Source: an uncultured Verrucomicrobiae bacterium (GTDB lineage: Bacteria; Verrucomicrobiota; Verrucomicrobiia; Limisphaerales; Palsa-1400). Taken from it: DNA of 64,000 nt. Positions 19,502-29,109 of the stretch are shown piece by piece. Within the stretch, counting starts at the first letter, position 1. Every line of letters starts with the position of its first letter. The stretch lies in assembly GCA_963707025.1 (NCBI GenBank), contig CAVPOM010000013.1, positions 64,001 through 128,000 of the forward strand, written 5' to 3'. The notes under the pieces are model-generated. The model saw nothing but the letters and a program-made list of their open reading frames with translations, was not told where the DNA came from and did no database searches. The position numbers and the translations under genes were made by a program.

Positions 19502-22500
19502 TTATCGCGAACGCACCCGGTAAAGGCGACTTGAATAATTCGTCCACTGGGGGTCGCTGAAATAATAAGAGCCGCCAGTAATGGTGTTGGTCGCCAGCGG
19601 AGACCAGACGTGGTTTGCCAAATTTGTGGAGGCTTCCACCACGACGCTCATGCCGTCCGCCCAGGTGACGTCGAACCCAAAGTGATTTGTCTGCACGCCG
19701 AAACTCGAATTGCTGGTTAGCACTTGAGGCGTCCATAGTGCTGTTGGAACACCGGCAAAGTTCGTGGCCCAGCCCGTGGTTTCTGGCAAATAATAGACGG
19801 TTACATTGTTGTCATACACGAAGACATTTGTCCCACCAAGGCTGGGGGCGCTGCCTTCCATATAGACGCTGACCAGATTCAGGCAACTAACGAATGCATA
19901 GTTTCCGATACTCGTAACGCTATTGGGGACAATGGCAGTGGTCAGAAGGCAGTTAGCGAACGCATTGTCTCCGATGGTGATGACGCCGCTGCCGATGGTG
20001 ACGTTGGCCAGGCTGAAGCAGTCCTCGAATGCACAGTCCCCGATGTTAGTGACGCTATTGGGAATAGTCACGTTGGTCAGGTCGGAGCGGAAAAACGCAG
20101 AGCCACCGATGGTGAGGACGCCCTTGGGAATCTTGTAGGAGGTTGCGAAGTTGCCTGCCGGGTACTCGATAAGCGTGGTCTGGCTCTTGTCGAACAAGAC
20201 CCCATCCAAGCTGCTGTAAAATGTGTTTCCTCTATCGACATTGATAGCCGCAAGGTCTCCGCAATATTCGAAAGGCGAGTCTCCGATGGAGGTAACGCCG
20301 CTGCCGATGGTGACGTTGGTCAGGCTGGCGCAGGCCTCGAATGCACCGTCCCCGATGCTGGTGACTCTATTGGGGATAGTCACGTTGGTCAGGCTGCTGC
20401 AATCCAAAAAAGCCTCGTCTCCGATGCTGGTGACGCTATTGGGAATTGTCAGGCTGGTCAGGCTGCTGCAGCCAGAGAACTCTTGTTCCCCGATGTTGGT
20501 GAGACCGCTGCCAATTCTCACGCTGGTCAACGGGCAATACTCAAAGCTCCGTGCCCCAAGGCTGGTCACGCTGTTGGGAATCGTCACGTTCGTCAGGCTC
20601 GTGTTGTTGAATGCGTCCGCACCGATGCTGGCCACGCTGTTGGGGATGGTGACGCTGGTCAGGCTGCTGCAATTTTCGAACGCAGAGTCTCCGACGGTGG
20701 TGACGCTGTTGGGAATCGTGTAGGAGGTTGCAAGGTTGCCTGCTGGATACTCGATAAGCGTGGTTTGGCTCTTGTCGAACAAGACCCCGTCCAAGCTGCT
20801 GCAAAATGTGTTGCCCATATCAACATTGATAGCCGCAAGGTTTCCGCAATATTCGAAAGCCGAGTCTCCGATGGAGGTAACCCCGCTGCCGATGGTGACG
20901 TTGGTCAGGCTGGCGCAGTCCTCGAATGCACCGTCCCCGATACTGCTGACGCTGTTGGGGATCGTGATGTTGGTCAGGCTTTGGCAGTAATCGAACGCAT
21001 CGGCTCCGATGGTGATGACGCCGCTGCCGATGGTGACGCTGGCCAGGTTGAAGCAGTCCTCGAATGCGTTGTTCTCGATGCTGGTGACGCTTTTGGGCAT
21101 CGTCACGCTTCTCAGGTTCTGGCAGAAATCGAAGGCAGCGTCTCCGATGGTGGTGACGCCTTTGGGAATAGTGTAACTTCTGCCCAGTCCACCCGGATAT
21201 TGAATGAGCGCGGTCTGGCTCTTGTTGAACAAGACTCCATCAACACTATCGTAGGCCGGATTGTTTGTCTCCACGTTTATTGCGGTCAGATTGATGCAGG
21301 CGCCGAAAGAATTGGTTCCGATGCTGGTGACGCTGCCGGGTATTGAAACGTTGGTCAAAGTGAAGCAATAAGCGAACGCCCCGTCTCCGATGCTGACGAG
21401 ACTGTCGGGCATGGTCACGGCGGTCATGGCGTCACCAGCGAACGCGTTCGTTCCGATGCCAGTCACCGGCAGGCCACCGAGCGTGCCGGGAATGGTCAAC
21501 GCTCCACCACCGCCAGTGTAGCTGGTAATGGTGACACTGGTCCCGTCGGAGTTGGTTGTGAAACTGAATTGGCCTTGTACCCCAGAATTGGCCAGCGCCC
21601 CGACAGAATGGCAGGTGGGCGGCGGCAGGGGCAATTGCAGACCCGCCATCGCGAAGAGGTCGTGGCTCGCCCGGTTAAGCAAATCCTGCAGCGATGTGCT
21701 ACCAAGGGTCAGGCTGTTTGTGTCCGGGCACCAATTCGCTTCCGCGTACTCAACGTCCACGTAGGGGACTTCCAGATATTGAATGGAGTTTGTGCCACAT
21801 GTTCCAGTGTAGAATCCAGCGGCCGGTGTCTGATTGAAGAAGACCGTTAGAATGTTGTAAGCGGCTTCCACTGTGGTGGGCTGGCAATTTGTATCCGTCG
21901 GATCAAGGCAGCCTACCTGTTGCCGTTGGCTCCCGGATACCGGATAATCAAATTCAGCCCCACCGCGAAATGGAGGCGATGGTGGCACAAGCGAAGTCAG
22001 CAGCTTCACGCCGGCAATGCCAATGTCGCCAGTGAGAAGAGTATCGGGGCTGGTGGCTGTCATCCCACCGACTCGGGTGGATTTTCCATTGGGACCCTCG
22101 ACTCCGGCAAAGAACGACAGAATCTCTGTTTTCGCTTCACAAGGCAAGCACTCTTGGTAAAGGTTGCTTTTTTTATTCGTGCTGTTAGTGCTAGCCTGGC
22201 AGTCCATGGCGTACAGTACGTTGTCGCTGTGCGGTGTTACTTCATGGCTGGGGAAGGGGAACTGGTCACCCGCGTCAGGACTCAGGCACAGGGTCACGCC
22301 TGCAAATATTTGTTCGTACATTTCAATGGTTTGCTCCCACTGATCAATGAACACCTGATCCGTGTTCCGGTACTGGCTGTTGGCCGGAAAGGAATTTGTA
22401 ATGAGTATGTTCCACGCATCGTCTGCGTTCGTGCCTGAAATTTGTGTCGAACCGAAGGCAGTGGTAGGGAGAAGCATCTCAGGTGACCCGCACACCGGAC

Positions 22501-23170
22501 CCGCGATGGCGATGGAGACGAATGCGGGATTGAAGCCGTATCTGGCATTGAGATGGATTAGGAAATCCTGCCACGCCGCCTTGTAGACGGGGTTCCAAGG
22601 CAGCGGCAAGACGTACCCGTCGGAGTGCTGCATTTCCGGGAAGTTCGTAAAAGTAACCGTCCCGCAATTGGTTGCAACGATTCCTGAATTCGTAAAAAGT
22701 CCGTCGCAGGAAGGGATGTTAGTCAACAGCCATGGCGGGGAATCAACGCCGGGAGTGATGATCAGTTGCACAGGCTTGTTGGCCGCATTAGCCTCCGCAA
22801 AGGCGTCGTCCAAGTAACTCCAATCGTAACCATCGGAGCCACCAGGGGAATTGGTGGGATCGTATGGTTCGATGTGGTCCCAGTGCTGTCCTACCGTGAT
22901 GCCTGAAATAGCCGGGTTGGCTAACAAATCCGCGTAGAGCGTGCGAACGAGACCGTGCAATTCCGCTGTGGACGGTGAAGCAGAATTCGTTGAAGCAGAA
23001 TTCTTAAACCCACTTATCGCGGCCTCAACATCCACCTTGGCATAGACGCCCAACGGCCTGGCCGCGCTTTGTAAATCATCGGCCCGGGAGAGACTCGGGC
23101 TTTGTGAGATCAGTAAGATCAATACCCAACAAGCGTTGATATTGCGGGACACGATCATGGTTCTTGACAT
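19502..23170 (-). CDS. Secreted protein: glycoside-hydrolase-like N-terminal domain, BspA-type (LRR_5) repeats and a C-terminal motif domain
   Basis: Signal peptide; WDHIEP..YDWSYLD..PPWL..PWNP segment; many LTxVTIPNSVTSIGxxAF repeats. Confidence 0.88.
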   Translation of the reverse strand: MSRTMIVSRNINACWVLILLISQSPSLSRADDLQSAARPLGVYAKVDVEAAISGFKNSASTNSASPSTAELHGLVRTLYADLLANPAISGITVGQHWDHIEPYDPTNSPGGSDGYDWSYLDDAFAEANAANKPVQLIITPGVDSPPWLLTNIPSCDGLFTNSGIVATNCGTVTFTNFPEMQHSDGYVLPLPWNPVYKAAWQDFLIHLNARYGFNPAFVSIAIAGPVCGSPEMLLPTTAFGSTQISGTNADDAWNILITNSFPANSQYRNTDQVFIDQWEQTIEMYEQIFAGVTLCLSPDAGDQFPFPSHEVTPHSDNVLYAMDCQASTNSTNKKSNLYQECLPCEAKTEILSFFAGVEGPNGKSTRVGGMTATSPDTLLTGDIGIAGVKLLTSLVPPSPPFRGGAEFDYPVSGSQRQQVGCLDPTDTNCQPTTVEAAYNILTVFFNQTPAAGFYTGTCGTNSIQYLEVPYVDVEYAEANWCPDTNSLTLGSTSLQDLLNRASHDLFAMAGLQLPLPPPTCHSVGALANSGVQGQFSFTTNSDGTSVTITSYTGGGGALTIPGTLGGLPVTGIGTNAFAGDAMTAVTMPDSLVSIGDGAFAYCFTLTNVSIPGSVTSIGTNSFGACINLTAINVETNNPAYDSVDGVLFNKSQTALIQYPGGLGRSYTIPKGVTTIGDAAFDFCQNLRSVTMPKSVTSIENNAFEDCFNLASVTIGSGVITIGADAFDYCQSLTNITIPNSVSSIGDGAFEDCASLTNVTIGSGVTSIGDSAFEYCGNLAAINVDMGNTFCSSLDGVLFDKSQTTLIEYPAGNLATSYTIPNSVTTVGDSAFENCSSLTSVTIPNSVASIGADAFNNTSLTNVTIPNSVTSLGARSFEYCPLTSVRIGSGLTNIGEQEFSGCSSLTSLTIPNSVTSIGDEAFLDCSSLTNVTIPNRVTSIGDGAFEACASLTNVTIGSGVTSIGDSPFEYCGDLAAINVDRGNTFYSSLDGVLFDKSQTTLIEYPAGNFATSYKIPKGVLTIGGSAFFRSDLTNVTIPNSVTNIGDCAFEDCFSLANVTIGSGVITIGDNAFANCLLTTAIVPNSVTSIGNYAFVSCLNLVSVYMEGSAPSLGGTNVFVYDNNVTVYYLPETTGWATNFAGVPTALWTPQVLTSNSSFGVQTNHFGFDVTWADGMSVVVEASTNLANHVWSPLATNTITGGSYYFSDPQWTNYSSRLYRVRSR

Positions 23171-23710
23171 TTATATCCGCCCGATGTGTCTTGGTTCAGC
23201 GTGAAATGGACTTTTCCAGTTCACGTTTAAGCTACTGCCTGCCCGGGGATTCCTGCCCCCAAGCCCAAGTTTTTTAAGGCATGTGGAGGCTCTGAAATAA
23301 TAGTCTCCAAAGAGTTTTTCGGTGAGGTTTTGGCCTCCCCAAAAAATGGAGACGGTTTTTATTTCGTCGCCTCATCCCGTTATCCCTCGGCAGGTTGCTC
23401 TTCAGAAGAGCCTGCTTCTGTTTCACGGGACGGGGCCATCATCGCCCCTGCCTGCGGTTCTGTCAAGTTGGTTTTTTCCGTCGGCCGAGCCAACGCCGCC
23501 CTGGCGGCCTGCTGAAAGGGTCACTATAGCTTTGTCCCAGTAAAATTTGAACATCCTGGAAATCAAGGACTTATAAACGGCTGGAAACGGTTCCGCCATC
23601 ATCGCCACCACTCCACCACTCCACCACTCCAGTCCCCAACTTAACGGATCCACACGCCTGGAGACCCCCCTCCCGTGCCACGGCTGATCAAAAGGCCGGC
23701 TCGCCGAAAC

Positions 23711-24433
23711 TCATTTTTGCGCGATCTCCAGGTCCGACACGATCGCGCCGGCTTTGAGGCGGATGACGCGCTGGGCGCGCCCGGCCAGCTCGCTGTCGTG
23801 CGTCACGATGACCAGGGTGGTGGCGTGGGCGGCGTTGAGGGCGAACAGGCATTCGATCACCAGCGCGCCCGTCTCGGCGTCGAGGTTGCCGGTCGGTTCG
23901 TCAGCGAAAAGGATTTTCGGCTGGTTGATGAACGCGCGCGCCAATCCGACGCGTTGCTGCTCGCCGCCGGAGAGTTGCAGGGGATAATGGGAAAGGCGCG
24001 CGCCCAAACCGACTTGATCGAGCAAGGGCCTGGCTCTGGCGGCGGCGTTTTTTTGCCCGCGCAATTCCATCGGAACCATGACGTTCTCCAGCGCGGTCAG
24101 GGTGGGAATGAGCTGAAAATTCTGAAAGACAAAACCGATTTTCTCGTTGCGGACGCGCGCCCGCCCGTCCTCGTCCAACGCGCCCAGGTCCATGCCGTCC
24201 AGGCGCACCCGGCCCGAAGTGGGGTGTTCCAGTCCGGCGCACAAACCGAGCAGCGTGGTCTTGCCGCTGCCCGACGGCCCGAGGATGGCGCAAGTTGAGC
24301 CGGCGGCGAGGGCGAAGGAGATATCCCTGACCACCGTGAGCGGTCCGGCGGCGCTGGGGTAGGTTTTGGTCAACTGTTGCGCGTCCAAAATGATTGGGTG
24401 CGAGCCGGCGTGCGTGTCGGGCGAAGAATTCAC
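23711..24433 (-). CDS. ABC transporter ATP-binding protein (YbbA/LolD-like)
   Basis: GPSGSGKT, LSGGEQQRV, FADEPTGNLD and VTHD motifs; GTG start 2 nt past the toxin stop. Confidence 0.92.
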   Translation of the reverse strand: MNSSPDTHAGSHPIILDAQQLTKTYPSAAGPLTVVRDISFALAAGSTCAILGPSGSGKTTLLGLCAGLEHPTSGRVRLDGMDLGALDEDGRARVRNEKIGFVFQNFQLIPTLTALENVMVPMELRGQKNAAARARPLLDQVGLGARLSHYPLQLSGGEQQRVGLARAFINQPKILFADEPTGNLDAETGALVIECLFALNAAHATTLVIVTHDSELAGRAQRVIRLKAGAIVSDLEIAQK

Positions 24434-24434
24434 T

Positions 24435-24713
24435 TTAGGACCTGTAAATGGAGTGCGTCCCGATGTTGGTCGTGACCACCGTATCCCCATCAATATAAAA
24501 AGTAATTCGCAAATCTCCCTCCACGACCACCGCATAAACGGTACGTCCGAAAATAGCGGACAAGGTGTGAATCTTATGGGTGCCTAAACGCGGGTCGAAC
24601 GGGTTCAGCTTGAAGATTCGCCAAAGGCGACGAATGGAAACCCACTGTTCCCGGGGCAATTTCTTAAAATTGCGCCAGAACTGCGGTTGGGCAACGTAGC
24701 GGTAAGCCTTCAA
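24435..24713 (-). CDS. RelE/ParE-superfamily type II toxin
   Basis: 92 aa, basic; F-x2-NFKKL, NPFDPRLGTHKI, DLRITF and IGTHSIY; overlaps the upstream gene stop. Confidence 0.8.
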   Translation of the reverse strand: MKAYRYVAQPQFWRNFKKLPREQWVSIRRLWRIFKLNPFDPRLGTHKIHTLSAIFGRTVYAVVVEGDLRITFYIDGDTVVTTNIGTHSIYRS

Positions 24714-24946
24714 ACTGGCGGAAGCTCAAAATGCTCGTCGCGAATCTCGATGCCCAGGCCATCCTCGGCTTCCTCGAAACCAATCCAGACATCTTCCGGC
24801 ACTTCTGGATGCGCGAAACGCCGCAACTGCCGTTCCAGCGTCTTGAGGGCGGCCGGAGAAAGCTCCTGGAGCGCACCGCGAATGATGCGGGCGCGTTCCG
24901 TTTCCGGCAGGGTCTTGAGCTCGTTGGCCAGCATGTCGGCGGTCAT
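24710..24946 (-). CDS. Putative antitoxin
   Basis: 78 aa with an acidic C-terminus (GFEEAEDG); 4-bp overlap with the toxin. Confidence 0.7.
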   Translation of the reverse strand: MTADMLANELKTLPETERARIIRGALQELSPAALKTLERQLRRFAHPEVPEDVWIGFEEAEDGLGIEIRDEHFELPPV

Positions 24947-25053
24947 ACGGTTAGTATTGCCGATTTGCCCCGGCGGGGCAAGACACATTTGGGGCGTTTG
25001 CCCCGTTTCCGGCTTGTTCCTGCGAAAAGTTTAGGATAGGATGGGAAACTGGA

Positions 25054-26121
25054 ATGAATATAAACCGCCCTGTTAGATTTCTCCTTTTCCTGGCCATGCT
25101 TCTGACTGTGGCCACCCCCGGCTATTGTGACACGGCGGTCGATTACCTCAATCGCGGCAATGCGAAACACGAAAAAGGCGACTTGGACGGCGCCATCGCG
25201 GACTTCACCAAAGCCATTGAACTCGATCCCGGCTATGCATGGGCCTATGGTCGTCGTGGCAATGCTAAGCAAGCGAAAGGCGACTTCGACGGCGCCATTG
25301 GGGACTACACCAAAGCCATCGAACTCAAACCCGATTATGCGGATGCCTACGGTTGTCGCGGTCAGACGAAGGAATTCAAAGGCGATTTGGACGGTGCCAT
25401 TGCGGACTGCACCAAGGCCATCGAACTCAGACCCAATTATGCAGAAGCCTACGGCGCTCGCGGCAACGCGAAGGCGGACAAGGGCGACTTGGACGGCGCC
25501 ATCGCGGACTACACCAAGACCATCGCACTCAAACCGGATTCTGAGGGGGCCTATACCGGTCGTGGCATGGCGAAGCAAGCAAAAGGCGACGCAGCGGGCG
25601 CATTAGGTGATTACAACAAAGCCCTCGAGCTAAATCCAAAAGACGTTGGGGCATTAGACAATCGAGGATCTCTCCGTTATGACGCGCACGATTTCACCAA
25701 TGCTCTGGCTGATTTTCGCAAGGTTCTTGAGTTGTATTCCTCCATTGATTTTCCCCGTTTCCGGGTTTGGCTGATTCGCGCCCGGTTGGGCGAGACGGAG
25801 GCCGCCACCTCAGAGTTACAAACCTATCTGGCCGGTCGTACGACCGGCAAGCCCGACGACTGGGCTTCCAAGGTCGGCCATTTTCTCACCGGTCAACTGA
25901 GCGAGTTGGAATTCCTGGCCGCCGCCAAAGATGCAGACCAGAAGACCGAGGCGAGCAAATTGTGCCAAGCGTATTTTTACGCGGGTTCAAAACGACTTTT
26001 CGCCGGCGACAAGGCCACGGCCATGGATTATCTCCAAAGATCCATCGCCACTGACAGAAAGGACTTCATTGAATACGCCAGCGCGGTTGCGGAGTTGAAA
26101 GCTTTGAAAGGGCAGAGGTGA
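25054..26121 (+). CDS. Secreted tetratricopeptide repeat protein (NlpI-like)
   Basis: Signal peptide and about six GDLDGAIADYTKAIEL repeats; C-terminal CQAYFYAG...FIEY. Confidence 0.9.
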   Translation: MNINRPVRFLLFLAMLLTVATPGYCDTAVDYLNRGNAKHEKGDLDGAIADFTKAIELDPGYAWAYGRRGNAKQAKGDFDGAIGDYTKAIELKPDYADAYGCRGQTKEFKGDLDGAIADCTKAIELRPNYAEAYGARGNAKADKGDLDGAIADYTKTIALKPDSEGAYTGRGMAKQAKGDAAGALGDYNKALELNPKDVGALDNRGSLRYDAHDFTNALADFRKVLELYSSIDFPRFRVWLIRARLGETEAATSELQTYLAGRTTGKPDDWASKVGHFLTGQLSELEFLAAAKDADQKTEASKLCQAYFYAGSKRLFAGDKATAMDYLQRSIATDRKDFIEYASAVAELKALKGQR

Positions 26122-26173
26122 ATTTTTTCAGCAAGGGCGTTGTCAGGATGGCAGAATAATGTAGGATTCATCC

Positions 26174-26455
26174 ATGAAGACGGATACCTATCCCTTGGCC
26201 GTGCCGCCCGATCTGCTCGGGGAGGTGCGGCAGGCGTCTCAGGATTTGGGTTTGTCCATGGCGGACATCATGCGGCAGAGCATGAAGCTGGGTTTGCCTA
26301 AACTTCGCGAGCAGTTGTCCCCTGATCCGCTAAAGAACTTGAAGCCGTTGTCGAGAGCGGAGTCCCGCCGCTGCTACCAGCAACCGAACCGCGAATTTGA
26401 CGCGCTGGAACATCACCTCGCCGGCTTGCCCTCCCCGCCCCCGGAAGCGGAATGA
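26174..26455 (+). CDS. Putative antitoxin (RHH-like N-terminus)
   Basis: YPLAVPPDLLGEVR..LGLSMADIMRQSM; ATGA overlap with the toxin. Confidence 0.7.
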   Translation: MKTDTYPLAVPPDLLGEVRQASQDLGLSMADIMRQSMKLGLPKLREQLSPDPLKNLKPLSRAESRRCYQQPNREFDALEHHLAGLPSPPPEAE

Positions 26456-26775
26456 AAGCCTGGGACATTTTCAGTTGGCAGGCTCCCGGCTGGCCCGAGC
26501 TGCATCCGGCCGTCATTGTGTCCCACCCCGACCGGGTTGCCAACAAACAGGGCGTGACGGTGATTATATGCGCCTCCCGAAGGACCAGCCGGCAGCCGGA
26601 ACCCAATGAGGTGATTCTCGATGCCACCGACGGTCTCGACGGGCCGACCCTGTGCAAGTGTGACCTGCTCTACACCATCCAAAAAGCGAATCTAGTGAAC
26701 CGGCGTGGCGGAGTCAGCGCCGAGCGCAGGAGGCAGATCATCGCGACCATCAATCGCGTCAATGGCTGGCTTTGA
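26452..26775 (+). CDS. PemK/MazF family toxin
   Basis: WDIF...HPAVIVS...GLDGPTLCKCDLLYTIQK...RGGVS pattern. Confidence 0.8.
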   Translation: MKAWDIFSWQAPGWPELHPAVIVSHPDRVANKQGVTVIICASRRTSRQPEPNEVILDATDGLDGPTLCKCDLLYTIQKANLVNRRGGVSAERRRQIIATINRVNGWL

Positions 26776-26891
26776 AGCGGCTTGCGCCAGCCGGATGCGA
26801 CGTTCCGAAGATGCAGGGGGAAAATGGGCTTTGTCCCCGATTCAGTTACGGAGTCTCTTGCATGAGCAGGGCAATTGGTCAAACTTGTCCT

Positions 26892-27563
26892 GTGAACTTT
26901 TTCAGCAAGGGCATACCAAAGGCCGCGCTGCTGGCGGCGTGCCTGGTGCCGGCGGGCGCGCTGGCGGCGCGGGTGGATGATCCGCCCAGGGGCAGCACCA
27001 ATCGCCCTGCCATCCTCGTGCTCGGCGACAGCCTGGCGGCAGGATTGGGGGTTGATCCGAGCGAGGCTTATCCGGCGTTGTTGCAGAAGAAAGTGGACGC
27101 GGCCGGCCTGAACTACGCCGTCATCAACGGCGGGGTCAGCGGCGACACGTCGGCGGGAGGCTTGCGGCGGATCAACTGGTATTTGCGGCGGAGAGTTGAT
27201 GTGTTGATCCTGGAACTGGGCGGCAACGACGGTTTGCGCGGCGTGCCGCCGGCGGCGACGCGGACCAATTTGCAGGCCATCCTTGACACGGCAAAAAAAG
27301 CCTGGCCGAACATCAAGATCGTCATCGCCGGGATGCGGCTGCCGCCCAATCTGGGCCAGGAATACACCGATGCCTTCGAGACAGTTTTTCCGGCGCTGGC
27401 GCGGGAGAACCGGGCGGCCTTGGTGCCATTTCTGCTGGAAGGCGTGGGAGGCAAGCCGGAGTTGAACGCGACCGACCAGATTCACCCGACGGCCGCAGGC
27501 CACCAAATCGTGGCGGAAAACGTCTGGAAAATCTTGAAGCCGGTGCTCGAGGGGAAGCCATAA
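26892..27563 (+). CDS. tesA: TesA-like arylesterase/acyl-CoA thioesterase (SGNH/GDSL)
   Basis: LGDSLAAG, NGGVSGDTSAGG, ELGGNDGLRG and DQIHP motifs. Confidence 0.9.
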   Translation: MNFFSKGIPKAALLAACLVPAGALAARVDDPPRGSTNRPAILVLGDSLAAGLGVDPSEAYPALLQKKVDAAGLNYAVINGGVSGDTSAGGLRRINWYLRRRVDVLILELGGNDGLRGVPPAATRTNLQAILDTAKKAWPNIKIVIAGMRLPPNLGQEYTDAFETVFPALARENRAALVPFLLEGVGGKPELNATDQIHPTAAGHQIVAENVWKILKPVLEGKP

Positions 27564-27645
27564 ACAGAATCGTGGCGCGATTTCTATCCGTGCTCGTTGC
27601 CTGGAAAGACTTGCGGAAGGAACCAACTGTAGTGACATTCTGGGT

Positions 27646-27906
27646 ATGACACATAATTTAACAGTGCTCTCCGTTAAACTTCCGCTCTCGGACGTGCGCC
27701 GGATTCCGGGGAATCGGAGCGCGTTTGTCCGCCAAGCGGTGGCCGAAAAGCTGGCGCGTCAGGCCGCCCCCGCGTGGCAACCGAAAACGTCCACCGGACG
27801 GAAATTGCTGGAACTTCGCAATCAGTTTCTGGCGCAGGGCGGCGAACTGCTGGACGCCGACGGCATCGCTGAAGAGCTGCGCCGCCGGCGCGGAGGGGTG
27901 GCGTGA
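27646..27906 (+). CDS. VapB-like antitoxin (RHH-like)
   Basis: LSVKLP...NRSAFVRQAVAEKL; GTGA overlap with the PIN gene. Confidence 0.75.
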   Translation: MTHNLTVLSVKLPLSDVRRIPGNRSAFVRQAVAEKLARQAAPAWQPKTSTGRKLLELRNQFLAQGGELLDADGIAEELRRRRGGVA

Positions 27907-28307
27907 GGACATTTCTGGATTCCGGGGTTTTGCTGACAGCCTGGCGCGGCAGGGATGCCGAAGCGGCGCTGGCCGTGATGGAAGATCCGCAGCGCGAGTT
28001 CTGTACTTCGCAGATGGTCAAGTTGGAATTGTTGCCCAAGCCGGCGTTCTTCAAGCAGAAGGCCGAGGTGGCGTTCTATCAAACCCATTTCCGCGCAGCC
28101 AAGGGCGAGGAGCCGTTGAGCCTGGAACTGGGCGAAAAGGCAGAGGAGTTGGCGCGCCAACACGGCCTTGCCGCGATGGATGCGTTGCATCTGGCGGCGG
28201 CAATCCGACAAGGCGCGGACGAGTTCATCACCGCAGAGAGGCCGGGCAAACCGATGTTCCGTGTGCGTGGCATCTTGGTAAAGTCTATTCACACACAGCC
28301 GGTTTAA
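27903..28307 (+). CDS. VapC-like PIN domain toxin
   Basis: FLDSGVL, ELL, DALHLAAA and FITAE motifs. Confidence 0.88.
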   Translation: MRTFLDSGVLLTAWRGRDAEAALAVMEDPQREFCTSQMVKLELLPKPAFFKQKAEVAFYQTHFRAAKGEEPLSLELGEKAEELARQHGLAAMDALHLAAAIRQGADEFITAERPGKPMFRVRGILVKSIHTQPV

Positions 28308-28375
28308 GACTCTTTGGCGGACTTTAGGACAAATTCAAGCTGGCGGGCAAGAAGGGGCCGGGGCAGGATGAGGCC

Positions 28376-28759
28376 ATGCGGCTTGAACATTGCGCCTTGC
28401 AGGTTCCCGACGCGCCGGCCCTGGCGGATTGGTATGTCAAACATCTCGGCTGCTCGGTGGCGCGGGTGGGCGGCGCGCCGGCCTTCGTCCGTTTCCTCGC
28501 GGCTGGCCCGGTGCTGGTTGAAATCTACCAAGGCTCGGTCGCGCCGACACCGGGTTATCCGTCCAGACATCCTTCCCAATTTCACCTGGCGTTTGTTTCG
28601 GAGAATCTCAAGGCGGATCGCGACCGCTTGCTGGCGGCTGGCGCCACCCTGGCCGAGGATTACTTCACCAACCCGGCCGGAGATGAATTGCTGATGCTGC
28701 GCGATCCCTGGGGCATCGGATTGCAGTTGGTCAAACGCGCCAAACCAATGCTGGCGTGA
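28376..28759 (+). CDS. VOC/glyoxalase family protein
   Basis: LEHCALQV..WY..LG, HLAF and LRDPWG motifs. Confidence 0.88.
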   Translation: MRLEHCALQVPDAPALADWYVKHLGCSVARVGGAPAFVRFLAAGPVLVEIYQGSVAPTPGYPSRHPSQFHLAFVSENLKADRDRLLAAGATLAEDYFTNPAGDELLMLRDPWGIGLQLVKRAKPMLA

Positions 28760-29109
28760 TGGTGCCAAGGCAGCCTGCCGGCCGCGCCAGATAAGTTCTA
28801 ACATATTCGTATCAAGGACGTTGCAAGAGTTGGCTGAGGCCGGGAAGCACCGGGATTGTGCCAATTCATGACCCACGGCGGCGCCTGAAGCCTCAAATTG
28901 GGGAGGCGTGGAAGGATTTGTAACGCTTCCGTCTTGGTTGGCAGAGGGCATTTCCGGGGGGGGGGACCGCGGCAGACAGCGGAGTGCCCCCTGCCTTTCG
29001 CCGACCGGGCCAAAACTGGGGAGGTTACAAATATTTTCACTTTTTTGTTGCCAAAAGACCGGGAAGCAGGCATATTTTGGTTAAGAAAGCCCGAATAGAC
29101 CTCTTGTAT

